A stretch of DNA of 63,655 nt, filler included, from Aduncisulcus paluster (taxonomy: Eukaryota): assembly GCA_024181965.1 (NCBI GenBank). It is 5 parts of 5 records of this genome, joined end to end, with 100 filler letters (N's around TTAATTAATTAA, not from the genome) between each part and the next. Parts side by side here need not be neighbours in the genome. Positions count along the whole stretch, not along the records: positions 10,993 to 27,103 come from BQXS01011660.1; 4 more parts are not named here. One strand, written 5' to 3'. Below, piece by piece: positions 11,151 through 23,876 of the stretch. Position 1 is the stretch's first letter, and each line of letters starts with the position of its first letter. Position numbers and translations under genes: made by a program. Below the pieces are notes generated by a model. The model saw nothing but the letters and a program-made list of their open reading frames with translations. It ran no database searches and was not told the origin of the DNA.

Positions 11151-14100
11151 TTACTCATTTCCTTCTTTGTTTTCCTTTTTCTCTTTCTTCTTCTTCTCTT
11201 TCTTTGGTTCTTTCTTCTCTTCTTCCTTCTTTTCTTCTTTTCTCTCCAGAGCACGAACAAGCAACTCAAGCCTCTTTTTTACATCCCTTTCACTTCTGCT
11301 TTTCAACCACCAATCAAATCTGGTTTCCGGATGTGAATTAACTTCCTGCATGATCTCCACCCAGTTACCCCACCCACACTTTCCGACGGCCCTAATCAGT
11401 AAATCGTCAGAGACCCTCGAAAATGGTCCAGAATGGGTTGTTATTGGAGATATTAAGGAAGTCAGACCACCAAGAACTCTTCTTTTACCGAGCATTGGGA
11501 AATCTACAAAGTAATCTAAGTCAGAGTGACCATCGGAAATGATCGAAGGTGTGTTTTTTAGAGTATTTAAATGTTTCTTATTTTTTTTAATGACTTTCTT
11601 AACCAAATGATCGATTCGACCACTTTTGTAGGCATTGGCACGTCCTTTCTTGAGTTTCTTCTCGATTCTGTCAGCCTCGGGAAGCTTCCATTCTTGGTAT
11701 TTCGCAATTAAATCAGTTGAGTATTGCTTAATCAGACTATCAGGAAGGTCAGGATTCACAGCATGCACTTCATTGATGAGAAAATCAACATCTGTGTCCC
11801 CGACGGCATCATACACCCGTAAAACAGCCAAGAACTCTTTCCTTGCAATCATTGGATAACCTTCCTTTCCATTTTCACTCAATTCTCTCATCCTCTCAAC
11901 TTCTTCTTGAGACAAAGAGTAATGCTCATAGTTAACCTCCTTAACAACTCTTGAGTACATCCTATCATCTTTCTCATCAATATTAGACACTTCTACCTCT
12001 TCTTCTTCTTCTTCTTCTTTCTTCTCTTCTTCTTCCTTCTTTTCTACCTCTTCCTTCTTTTCTTCTTCTTTCTCTTCTTCTCCTTTTCCCTCTTTCTTCT
12101 CTTCTTCTTCCTTCTTTTGAGGTTTCCTTCCTCTTTTTTTTAGATGAATTGTTCTCTCAATGGTGACAAGAGTTCCCTTGTCAAGATCATCCTTCCAAAG
12201 TGCACCCAACTTCTCCTCTTTCTCTTGTAGATCATATAATTCACGAGGAAATAGTTGGAAATGCATCCGCTTGTGAATCCCCGTGCTCTTCCTGATTTTT
12301 CTACTAACTCTACGTTTAATATCTTTTACATTTGTACCCCCTGCCCCGATATATACATCATTATCATCATCAACAATGTCTACAGTGTGCCATATGGATG
12401 TTTTAGAGGCATCTTCATTGTCATACAGATTCTGCGTATGAATGGACCTTCTGCCAAAGCCTAACGCATCAAGTTGATGGCGATTCTCTTCAATCTCTTC
12501 AACAGTCACTCCATCGTGCTCTGCAGCCTCCTTAGCTAATGCCGCGAGTCTATTTGCGTGCTTTATCAGTAAAGCCTGCTGTTGCTGTTTCAAAGAGAAA
12601 GAACTCGCTCCACTAGGAAGTGAAGAAGACGAAGGATATCTAGGAGGTAGAGTCATCGCCATATTCGGAGCCACTCGGCTCTTTTGTATATGCGAGTAAT
12701 CATGGCCTTCAAACTCATACAGGGCTGAAGCAACATTACTAAGATTGGTGAGGATTTTCCCTTTCATCCCGTGACCCTCTTGATCGCCCTCCTCTTGGTC
12801 TGGCATCAATTCTTTGATCTTTGTTTCCATTCTTGCATTGCACTCCTTTCCTCTCTCCAAAAGAGCATCAATGAACAACGCATCACCTTTTACATCTTCT
12901 TCTTCTTCTTCAGAGGATTCTTCTTCTTCTTCCTCTTTCTTTTCTTCCTTACTTTCAAGAGTCTTTCCTTCTTCTTGTCTCGTTTGAACCTCTTCAGAAC
13001 TCATTTCTTTCTTTTCAACCGCAAGGTCCTCTTCTTTTCCTTCCCCTTTTCCATTTTCTTCAGTGCCTTGTGGAACCTCTCTTACAATGGTTCCAGATGT
13101 CTTCTTGGATTTCTTGTGAGTCAAGATATCTTCAGCACAATGGGTTACAAGGCTTAAGAGTTCACCCCGGCTACTGGAACGGCTATTAATAACCAAACCA
13201 GTATCAGAATCAACAATTACTGGTTTTTTCTTTTCATATGACGGCCCTCTCTTCTTCTTCTTGATTACGAGTTGATCAAGCCTGAGTTTTGTTCTAGCTC
13301 TCTCAAGAACCTTCTCTTCAAGGGTATTTTCAGCATATAATCTATACACATGGACGTGTTTAACTTGACCAATTCTGTGCGCCCTGTCCATTGCTTGTAA
13401 ATCGACCTGAGGATTCCAGTCACTGTCATATATCACCACTGTACTGGCACTGTACAAATTGATACCCAGCCCACCTGCTCTTGTGGAGAGGATAAACACG
13501 GGGATAGAAACAGTCGTGTCGGCATTGAATTCTCCGATGCTCCTTGCTCGATCACTCTGTTCGGTCGATCCATCAATACGGCGCCAATCCCACCCTCGCA
13601 TTTCAAGATATAACTCAATGAGGTCAAGAGTCTTCGTCATTTGGCTGAACACAAGCACTTTGTTGCCTTCCTTGATACTTTTCTTCAGGATAATGTCAAG
13701 GACTTTCATCTTTCCACTCACAGAAACCAAGTGTTCGCCTTCAACATGAGGCTCGGGTTCAACACCGGGGAAAATATATGGATGGTTACAGACCTTCTTG
13801 AGCTGCATTACTATATTTTGTAATCTCAACTTCGCTCCACCACTTGTTTGGCCACGACGGTCGAGTTTCTCTTGGATTTTCCTCAAAACTGCCGGTTGGG
13901 GCGAAGAGGCAGATGAACTTACGGTACTATCTGCGGCTTCCTTTGCCACCATGGCAAAAGCATTGGCATCTTTCTCGAGGATACTTCTGTACATCTTTCT
14001 CTGGAGCTTTGTGAGGGGACATGGCACCAAATGCTCAGTTTTGGGTGGAAGTTTCTTTATCATACTTTTCTCTCTACGCAACATATATGGAGCCAATAAG

Positions 14101-15185
14101 TTTCTGACAAATTCAGCGGCACTCTCTGTCCGTTTTGTTTGCTCTTGAGCTTCTTCTTCTTCTCTTTCTTCTTCTTTCTCTTTCTCTTCGCCAATTCCCT
14201 CAACTTCAGAGAGAAACCGATCACAGTCATCAAATTTGACGGGATCAATGAAGTTCAAGAGACTCCAAAGCTCGGTAAGATTATTCTGGAGAGGAGTTCC
14301 TGTGAGTAATATTGTCCTTTTCCTTTTAAACTGGTTTATAGTCAGACTAGTAACACTTTGAGCATTCTTGAGTTTATGAGCCTCATCAACAGCACAAACA
14401 ACGAAAGGAATGCACTTAAGATGTCTTTTCTCAAGGCGTGCGATATCAAATGATGTAATTATGACATCAAATGATGCTGTTCTGATATATTTTTCAATGA
14501 TTAGAGCTCTCTCAGCTTTTGTACCAAGAAGGGTGATAACCCGGAACATTGGGCACCATTTCTTGAACTCATTTGCCCAATTCGGAAGGGTAGACTTGGG
14601 AGCAATGATAATATGCGGACCGTGATGCTTTTTAAACAGCTTATGGGAGAGATGAGAAGCTTTGATCTTGGCGGAGGAAGTATACGCGGCAACTTCTTCT
14701 TCCTTAAGGGATAAAAGACCAGTAATTGATTCAGCAGAACTGGAAGATTCTTCGGACGACGATTCTTCCTCTTCCTCCTCCTCTTCTTCTTCCTCCTCTT
14801 CCTCTTCTTCAAATTCACTCAATTCGCTAGCAGGAGTTTGTCCACCATTTTCTTTTTCAAGTTCTTCTTCATATTCTTTGATCCATCCTAAAAAAGCAAT
14901 TGTTTGGATTGTTTTCCCTAAACCCATCTCATCAGCAAGGATACCATTCCTTTTCCTAATGTAAAGGCTACTTAACCATGACAAACCTTCTACTTGATAT
15001 CTGTGAAGTGTACCATTGACAATACAGCTCGGTTGTTCATATGCGATTGAAGGATGCATACCTTCATTAGCCTTAGTCAAATCATCAGCAGCACTTCTAA
15101 ATAGCGAGATAATATATAAATAAAACTCTGTATAATCGAGAATAAAATAGTAATCTAATCAGAAAAACACATACTGTTCATCCAT
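11151..15185 (-). CDS. ISWI: ISWI (SNF2H/SMARCA5-type) chromatin-remodelling ATPase
   Basis: GILADEMGLGKTIQT, DEAH, LLTGTPLQNNL, STRAGGLGINL, DSDWNPQVDLQAMDRAHRIGQ, plus C-terminal SLIDE-like RFDWWLKSRS...KRLELL. Start MDEQ at 15185 via an intron. Confidence 0.93.
15097..15174 (-). other. Spliceosomal intron (78 nt) in codon 4 of ISWI
   Basis: ATG GAT GAA CA|GTATGT...TTTAG|A AGT GCT; restores an ATG-initiated frame. Confidence 0.85.
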
Positions 15186-15478
15186 AGGTCAGAAAACTTG
15201 AATTCAATTTGACCAACTGATTCTAACTTTAAAATAAGAACTGTATCCACATATAAGAAATAAAGAGTGTTTGACAGTTCCATTAACTCGATGATTGTAA
15301 TATAATTCAAAACAATTGAGTGTTTTCCCATCTATCTTCGTGACTGAGATGAAATCCCGTCATATAAATTAAATATTTAACTTAATTCAATTGTATTAAC
15401 ATGTTTTATTTGTTCATTCTCTGATATGATTTGACTAACACGAAAACAACTAATCGCTCCCCATTTTCATTTCGGGAA

Positions 15479-16612
15479 ATGAAGTTAGTCCGATTAGAAG
15501 CAGAAGAAGACATCAAAGCTGGAAGGGAAAGCCTCAAAGATACCGTATCCTGTTTTGTGTCTTCATCTGATCATCAAGATGGCAAACCTGTTGAAAGCGG
15601 AGCTACAGCTCTTTTTTTTGGATCATGGGCAGGAACCATTAGCTACTTCTTTATTAGTGATAAGAAAAAGCGGTTGACATATAAGAAATCCATCAAGTTA
15701 GACCATCCAATCCTAAGCATGGTCTACTACCAGAAAGAACAACAGGGCAAGGAGAAAATCCATTCATTATTCGTCAGTCTTAGTAACAAAGAGGTGTATT
15801 TGGTCAAAATTCCTCAATCCAAACAAATATCAAGATTTGAAAAGAACAAAGTCTTTACTGCTGATTCACCCGTTATTGGGATGCATTTGACGAAGATTCG
15901 TGGAGCTTTGGGTCTGTACACCATCGAAGCCAAGGGGTTCAAGGTTTATACTCTAAGTTCCTCTGGTGCTGATAGGAAATATTCTTGGAGTACTCCTGAT
16001 GGAGCTTTGATTGCTGCCGTTGATACTCAGAGAACCCAAGACCTTAAATTAATTGGAATAACTTTTGCTTTGAAAGATAAAGGGGTTTTTGCGAGTTTGT
16101 TTAATGTTGAAGATCCTTCAAAACGAGTTGATATGAAGATTAGCATTGCAAGGGACATTCCCCGTAGTATGGCTGTTTCATCAAAGTTTGTTATCACAGG
16201 GTATAAGAATGGTGGTGTCATTTTTACTCAAATCAAAGGAGGTGAATCAAGAGGCATCGAGCTTGGAAAAGGACCCAAACAAGACGCTAAACCCAGGTCT
16301 GTCGGGGCCATATGCACCTGGAATACCAGAGGAGATGAGAGAATCTTCTGTGGGGATGGTTATGGAACAATTATGGAAATTACTAATCCTCAAAGACCTG
16401 TGTTTCTCTATCAATTCAAAGGAATAACCAAGAGCTATTCAGGATTCCATGAAAAGGAAGCCATTAATCCAGTGTCTCATGTGAGAATGATGGGTGGAAA
16501 AGAATGGATGGAAGATTATATTCTGGCTATGGTATTTGGATATGATTGGGAGGAAGGTCAGAAAAGTCATGATCCTGGAGATATTATTTTCGCAGTGGGC
16601 CTTAGAAAATGA
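15479..16612 (+). CDS. Divergent WD40 protein of the Rae1/Gle2-Bub3 family
   Basis: N-terminal DTVSC...FFGSWAGTISY and C-terminal LAMVFGYDWEEG resemble Rae1 D.IS.L...GSWD and YDWSKG. Confidence 0.68.
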   Translation: MKLVRLEAEEDIKAGRESLKDTVSCFVSSSDHQDGKPVESGATALFFGSWAGTISYFFISDKKKRLTYKKSIKLDHPILSMVYYQKEQQGKEKIHSLFVSLSNKEVYLVKIPQSKQISRFEKNKVFTADSPVIGMHLTKIRGALGLYTIEAKGFKVYTLSSSGADRKYSWSTPDGALIAAVDTQRTQDLKLIGITFALKDKGVFASLFNVEDPSKRVDMKISIARDIPRSMAVSSKFVITGYKNGGVIFTQIKGGESRGIELGKGPKQDAKPRSVGAICTWNTRGDERIFCGDGYGTIMEITNPQRPVFLYQFKGITKSYSGFHEKEAINPVSHVRMMGGKEWMEDYILAMVFGYDWEEGQKSHDPGDIIFAVGLRK

Positions 16613-17089
16613 AAAACAAATAATAAATCACATATATGATGTTCTTAATTTCGTCCTCAAGGCGGAACGGATAATATGACAAAAAAAAGGTAAATCGATC
16701 TCAATTTCCGTTAATTTGAACAAGTTGTACAACGTTTCCAAAATCTTTTATGAATGCATGATCACATTTGAAATATTTATAAGAACTAAGAAATTTATTG
16801 GGGTATATCCTCGTTCAAAAGATGTTTCGGCCATATTGAAGTTTTTTATCATTTTTCGTCGTAAATTCAAGACTTTCTCACACATCAATCAATAATAAGG
16901 TTCGGTCGAAGTTTATTGAGATAAATTTCTTAAAATATTTAAATTAAAAGTGTGTAATTATCACTAGCAATTGAATAGCATGTAACGACAAAGAATACAA
17001 AGAAGTGCATTTTCCATCTGTCAAAGAATTAACATTGATTGTAAATGCCTCATGAGAGTTCACAATCAAAAATAAACAATTAAATTAAG

Positions 17090-20000
17090 TCACATCTCAT
17101 ACTCGGCGATTGGCGGCATTGAATCCCAAGCAGCCTCAGGACGATATTCAACCCCACACCCTTCAGCCAACTCTGCGACTGATTTATACTCGATTGTGTG
17201 AATGACTTTGTCAGGACGCTCAGTGTTTGACATTTCCCTGACAATCACCGAAAGCCATGTCAGCCCACTCACGACACTTCGAAGGAGAATATCGTCACGA
17301 CAGTACACAACGACTGATCCGACCTTGAAAGTCAGAACACAGATGTATGGAGAAGAAGGTTGGACTCCTGGCAATGGAGGAATTGATGGAGCATACTTGA
17401 TGTTTTTGATTGAATCCAGTGGGAACTTGACAGTTTGTTTCTTTCCTCTGAAACACATGCACCCAATCTGGAGATCAGATTCAAACAGAACCACCAGATT
17501 CTTGATCTGGGATTTCGGAACTTTGGTGGTATCCTTAAGTTGTCTGAGATCTGTGGAATCTCCACACACACTCATCAAAGAATGCTTTAATTTGGCCCCC
17601 TTTTTGCTCTTTTTCACAGCTCTTTCTGAGATACTTCCAAAGAAGACTTCAACGCTCAATGGGGAAGTTCCTCCTTGCTCTTTAGTGAAAAGAGTGGACA
17701 AAATCGTCCTTGCAATTGGGATTGGCTTGTGTGGCGGAAGTTGGGATGGAACACAGAACAGGGTCATATACAATTCAAGAGATGATAATTGATGCTTCGA
17801 GACAGGAACTGATAGATCACTTGCTTTCACGTCAGCAATGGGTCTAGGTTTTCCTGATGTAACAGGTGATTGAAGAGGAATCGAAGGTTTCTGTACAGAG
17901 GGTTGAACAACCGATGAAGAGAGCGTAATCTTTCCGATTCCTTCTTCTTCCTCTTCATCAATTGAATCTTCTGCGGTATCCAGCAATGTTGGAGCCTTCT
18001 TCTTGATCTGCATGTGACTTGTTTGTCCAGAAGCAAAAACTTTCTCAGTTCCATTATTAGCACCACTTTCCTCATCTTCATCTTTCCCGAGGACTTTGAG
18101 AACAAACACATCGTCGATCTTTTCATCACCTTGGACAAGGGAGACGGCATGGGGATTCTTCGGGGGAGAAAACAACGGTTCAACACGACTGGTAGGGGAT
18201 GTAGGAATTGTCATATCCATCTTAAGAGTTGACGAAGTGACAGTAGCATCCTTTTCCTTCACAGGAGACACACAAGAAATTTGATCCCCATCGATTTTGA
18301 TTGGTTTATCGGACCCAGACGTTGCTGCACCTTCAGAGGGTTTCAGAACAGGAATATTAGACTCTGGAGTTGTTTGGGAGGACACTGGAGATGTTGGAGA
18401 GATTGCTTCATGCTTGGACGATTTTTTATGTTTAAGGATGGTTGCCTGTTTCGTCTCTCCTTCCTTCTTCTCTTTCTTTTCGATGCTAGTACCTTGAATG
18501 TCGACAATAATACTTTCACGAGCTTCACAAACTATATCATCTTTCTTGTGAGCAATATCCATGACAACAGGCGTCTCACCCTTTTGAGTCTCAATCATAG
18601 CACTTTTTTCTTGAGGTGTAGATTCTTCAGTTTTTTTCTCAGATTCTTCGCCCTGAACTAAAACGACCGCATCGCTCAGGTCTTCCTTGTTCGAGTGAGA
18701 AACTTCCAGATTATCTTCTGTTGATCTCGAATCTTGTGTTTCCTTTTCACCATTTCCAGGGAATACGATATCATCTCTCTCTTTCAACTCCTCATATATG
18801 ATATCTTCCTTCCATTTGTCATGAACGACTCGACTTGCCAAGAGTTCTGAAGGATTGTCCACACTTGATATCAAGGCACCAGGAAGTTGACTGATAGATT
18901 TGGGAGCATTAATTTGTGATTGGGAAGGAGTCACTGGCTGGGCATTCTCATCCTCAACTTCAAGANNNNNNNNNNNNNNNNNNNNATACGATATCATCTC
19001 TCTCTTTCAACTCCTCATATATGATATCTTCCTTCCATTTGCATGAACGACTCGACTTGCCAAGAGTTCTGAAGGATTGTCCACACTTGATATCAAGGCA
19101 CCAGGAAGTTGACTGATAGATTTGGGAGCATTAATTTGTGATTGGGAAGGAGTCACTGGCTGGGCATTCTCATCCTCAACTTCAAGAACTTCAATCTGAA
19201 TGTTGGGAGTGGATTCCACACTCTTCACAGCAACAGAAGAACTCTCGCTGCATGGTTCACTCATGGAGGATGAAACAGAGGAGGAAATGCTTACCTTGGA
19301 GAGATCAATGGTTGGTTTCTTGCCAATTTTAACTGATGTCGAAGAAATGGCTGATTCCCACTTGAAAGAACTCACCATACTCATTCTTACCTGATCTGGA
19401 GTGCGTTCAGACTCAGAAGACAACTTTGTGCCAGATGCAGGAATGGAATGTGCTTGATTGGGCTTTACAAATACAACAGGAGAAGAAGGAGGAGTGGGAG
19501 ATAGAACTGAAGATATAGTATCTTTAGGGGCCTTATATGATGTGTCTTGAGTTTCTGCTTCATGATCATCCTCAAACTTCGCCGAGCTCTCTTCTTCCTT
19601 TCCGGTGGCTAACTTTTCTTTCTCCTCTCTCTCTCTCTTCCACTTCAATCTGTTTGTCCATTTCTTCCAATAACAATGCACTCCGTCCTTCTACTGTTTT
19701 GCTCTTTAAGCGAGCAAGTCCTTCGAGAACCCGAGCAGCAGTATTAGATGTCGACGAATCACTGATTGATGCATGTNNNNNNNNNNNNNNNNNNNNGAAG
19801 AAGGAGGAGTGGGAGATAGAACTGAAGATATAGTATCTTTAGGGGCCTTATATGATGTGTCTTGAGTTTCTGCTTCATGATCATCCTCAAACTTCGCCGA
19901 GCTCTCTTCTTCCTTTCCGGTGGCTAACTTTTCTTTCTCCTCTCTCTCTCTCTCTTCCACTTCAATCTGTTTGTCCATTTCTTCCAATAACAATGCACTC

Positions 20001-21832
20001 CGTCCTTCTACTGTTTTGCTCTTTAAGCGAGCAAGTCCTTCGAGAACCCGAGCAGCAGTATTAGATGTCGACGAATCACTGATTGATGCATGTGACCCAT
20101 CCCGTTTAACAAGGAGACCATCTTTTTTATGTGCAGGAGGAGGAGAAGTGAAGATTACAGTCTCAATGTTACTATCTTTTCTATTGATATTGTGGGCTTG
20201 GATTCTGTTAGCAGTCTCAGACTCAGTCCCAGGATGACCACCAGTCTTATTCTCAAGGATGATCATAGGTCTAGGGTCTTCTTTCAAGGGCGTGGGAGCA
20301 GGTGGAATGGAGAGAGATTCCCTCGGGAGTTCCACTTCATCCAACATAGTACTTGGAGAGGAGATTTTGAAAGAACCCTGTCCAGAAGTCTGAGGTTGAG
20401 TAGAATCCGATGTTTTAGTATCACGGACGACGAGGGACGAGCTACTCTCATCCTCTGTAGAATAATATTCATACTCATATTCACCGCTTGCATCTTCAAT
20501 GCCGTCAGCGATATCACTGGGCTTATTCTCACTGTCAATTACTTCAAGGGTCTCTGAGAGATCACGGCGAAGGGCTTGTTTTTCTTCTTCCCGAATTCTT
20601 GTTTCTTCTTCTTTTTTCAGTCTCTCCTCATTATTCCTCTCTTCTTGTTCAATTCTAATTCTTTCTGCATCCTCTTGTTCAATTCTAATTCTTTCTTCCT
20701 CTCTTCTCCTTTCTTCCTCTCTTCTCCTTTCTTCTTCTTCTCTCTTTTCTCTGGTCCTTATTTCTTCCTCTTTTCTCCTCTCTTCTTCTTCTCTCCTTTC
20801 TTCTTCCCTAAGTTTGATCTCCTCTTCCTCTCTTCTTCTTGCCTCTTCTTTCCTTTTTTCCTCTTCTTCCTGTTTCTTTTTTGCCTTTCGCCGCCCTTTC
20901 AAAGCAGCAAAACTAAACACAACGATAGGCTGTTCACTTGGTGAGGATATGAGGGGTTCTTTCTCAGTTTCATGGGATTTGTCTTCTTTTTCACTCTTTA
21001 GCTCAAGATCCTCTATTTCTTCGAATCTGTGAATACGCTCATTGTGCGACAAATGAGAAGATGTTTGAATGGAGGAGGGATTCGTCTGAGTCTTAACAGG
21101 GGCATTGAATATGGATACAGGAGTATCAGTATCTTCGTCTCTGGTTAGTCTTTGGGATGATGATAGCGAGGAAGGAGGCAATTTATCATCAATAGGAATT
21201 TCCTCGAGTTCTTCGGTAATTTTAATTTGAATATCTTCCGTTTCTTCGGATATTTTAAGTTTTACACATTCATCTGGTTCTTTTGTCAATTTATCATCTA
21301 TATTATCACTTTCTTTGTGAATAACTTCAGAAGGAATGCTTTGAGATGCATCTTTCGCTATTTTAGGTATCGCTGAGAGATCAGGCTCAGTAGAAGGTTT
21401 AGTATCAATATTATCACTTTTTTTAACAATTTTTTTTGGATTGGCTCTTTTAGCGGCTCCAATAGATGGAATAATTCCAATATCTTTCTTCTTACGGCTA
21501 CGCCTTTCTAATATCAAATTAAGCCGACTAATATCAACTCCCTCACTAATAAGTTGAGAAATTACGCCATTTGATGACGAAAGAGTTATTCTTCGTGGTG
21601 CTTTTGGAGAAATGGGTTTCTTTACAATATCCGGCTTTTTTCCATAGGGGAAACGACCATTTCTACGTGGATGTTTTTTAGATCGTTGTTTCAAAATGTC
21701 CCCAATACCAGCCCCAGATGTAGGCTTTGAAGTCTTCACAAAAATTGATAAAAATGTTAGAATACTCGATCGAGTAAATTTAATTTGAAATTATAAAAAA
21801 TAATATAAATCAATTTCACATACGTCGGCCAT
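17090..21832 (-). CDS. Large low-complexity protein with ER/K coiled coil and C-terminal PH-like domain (one gene split by gaps 18966 and 19777)
   Basis: Three ORFs overlap through the duplicated gap flanks. C-terminal beta-strands plus helix (KFPLDSIKNIKY...VVVYCRDDILLRSVVSGLTWL) are PH-like. Start MAD at 21832 via an intron. Confidence 0.72.
21734..21823 (-). other. Spliceosomal intron (90 nt) after codon 3
   Basis: ATG GCC GAC|GTATGT...TTCTAAC (branch point)...GTGAAG|ACT TCA AAG, in frame. Confidence 0.82.
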
Positions 21833-22007
21833 GTAAGTTGATCTATGTCAGAAAAACTGAACTAAAACAATTTCCCCTGAAAATTAGAAAATGATCGAAA
21901 TTTGATGAGAAATATTTCTCAAAAATTGTATATTTATTTCTGAATTTCATTCGTTAGTGATCATTAAATGACGAGTTGATCTATTATTATGAATCTTGCC
22001 TTTTGGA

Positions 22008-23723
22008 ATGAATGGAGAAAAGTCACTTCTTGAAGAATATTTAGAAAGCGTAAAAAAGGGAACAGCAAAGGTGGTTTCAGGGGTGGTTGATGAAGAAACT
22101 GTCATTCAGAACCTATCTTCGAGAACCCCTCTTAAAAGTGCTAGTGATCGTAAAAGTGGAGGAGAAGATAAATCAACTTCATATATACCACTCAAATCAT
22201 CATGGAATCCGTCCTCTCATGTGTTGTCTCTGTCTCCTCTCGAGATAGCAGAAAGAGTTGAAAAATTAAAGATTGATGTTTCAGGTGATGATATTCCTGC
22301 CCCTTGTATGACATTCCAAGAGATGAAATTTCCAAAAGAAATATATTCACACTTAATTTCTCTTGGTATATCAAAACCTTCTCCCATTCAATCTCAAGCT
22401 CTGCCAGTCGTTCTAAAAAGGCGAGATATGTTAGGAATCTCGTATACAGGATCTGGTAAAACTCTTGCATTCGCTTTACCCGCTGTTCTTTTTGCGATTG
22501 AGGCTGAGATGCGTCTTCATTTCAACTTTCGAAAAAAAGAATCGCCGTTTGCTCTATTATTGGCACCATCAAGAGAATTAGCTGTGCAAACACAAGAAGT
22601 TGTTCAACATCTTATTTGTTCTCTGTGTGGGCCAGGAGAAAAATATGAGGAAACAAAAGAGGAAGAAGGAGAAAAAATATCACCTAGCCCATCTAAACAA
22701 CCAATTTCCCATTGCTCTTCAAGCCACAGTATCCCTCGATCTAAATCTTGTCCTTCTGCTGCATCTCATTCCCGTTTCCCAATGATATATTCTCTTGCTC
22801 TCTATGGTGGGACAAGCGTCGCTGATCAGTACAGATATATTAAGAATAATGGAGCCCATGTTATTGTTGCGACACCTGGTAGATTGGTTGACATGCTCCG
22901 CCGGAAATATCTTACATTATCGGGATGTCGCTTCTTGTGTTTGGATGAGGCAGATCGACTCTTGGATCCAAATTATGAATCTGACATCCGCTCAATATTA
23001 TCATTTTGTCACGTTTCAAGACAGTTGGTTCTATTTTCTGCAACAATGCCAATCCATATCCGCTCTTTTGCAAAGCATTCCCTGACAAATCCAATAATCG
23101 TTAATGTAGGACGGGCAGGTATTGCTGCTCTGAATGTCACTCAACGCGTGAAGAAAATACGACGCGAAGTGTTGTTATTTGCCCTTGAAAAGGAGATAAA
23201 ACTGACACCACCACCTGTTCTTGTTTTTTCCGCCCAAAACCGGCAATGTGATGAAATTTTTCAACATTTACGTTCGAAAGGTGTAAAAGTTGGAATAGCG
23301 CACACGGGCCTCACTCAACAGCAACGTCTAGCCAATATTAATCTCATTAAACATGGAGAACTTGATGTTCTTGTCGCGAGTGAGATTGTTTCAAAAGGAA
23401 TTGACATCAAGGATGTGTCTCATGTGATCAACGTTGACCTTCCTCCGCTTGCAGAAAACTATATTCACAGGATTGGAAGGACAGGGAGAGGTGTTACGAG
23501 AGGGATAGCAACAACTTTCATAACTGGAGCTGAAGAAACACAGAGTCTTGTGAACATCGCCTGTTTACTTGTGATCGCCGGGCAAAAAGTCCCACCTTAT
23601 CTCGCCCAATATGCTCCAAAGGATGGGATAGTGCGAGTGTGCAGTTTTTGTAATGGATATGGCCACGAATTGAGTGGATGTATGAAATATCGACGCACTA
23701 TTAAACAAGGAAACAGAGGTTGA
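22008..23723 (+). CDS. DDX41: DEAD-box RNA helicase DDX41/Abstrakt
   Basis: SYTGSGKT, APSRELA, LDEADR, FSAT, YIHRIGRTGR, VNVGRAG and C-terminal zinc knuckle CSFCNGYGHELSGC. Confidence 0.9.
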   Translation: MNGEKSLLEEYLESVKKGTAKVVSGVVDEETVIQNLSSRTPLKSASDRKSGGEDKSTSYIPLKSSWNPSSHVLSLSPLEIAERVEKLKIDVSGDDIPAPCMTFQEMKFPKEIYSHLISLGISKPSPIQSQALPVVLKRRDMLGISYTGSGKTLAFALPAVLFAIEAEMRLHFNFRKKESPFALLLAPSRELAVQTQEVVQHLICSLCGPGEKYEETKEEEGEKISPSPSKQPISHCSSSHSIPRSKSCPSAASHSRFPMIYSLALYGGTSVADQYRYIKNNGAHVIVATPGRLVDMLRRKYLTLSGCRFLCLDEADRLLDPNYESDIRSILSFCHVSRQLVLFSATMPIHIRSFAKHSLTNPIIVNVGRAGIAALNVTQRVKKIRREVLLFALEKEIKLTPPPVLVFSAQNRQCDEIFQHLRSKGVKVGIAHTGLTQQQRLANINLIKHGELDVLVASEIVSKGIDIKDVSHVINVDLPPLAENYIHRIGRTGRGVTRGIATTFITGAEETQSLVNIACLLVIAGQKVPPYLAQYAPKDGIVRVCSFCNGYGHELSGCMKYRRTIKQGNRG

Positions 23724-23876
23724 AAAACCATCAGACAGATCTTCCAAGTTGCAATTCGAATAGTATTCTATCACAATGGGAAATATTGGTTGATGTTATT
23801 ATCTGTGATATTCAAGACAATCTATTTACCTTTTGTTTGCAATTCTAGAGAGTATTTAATTTCTATAATTTACTGA

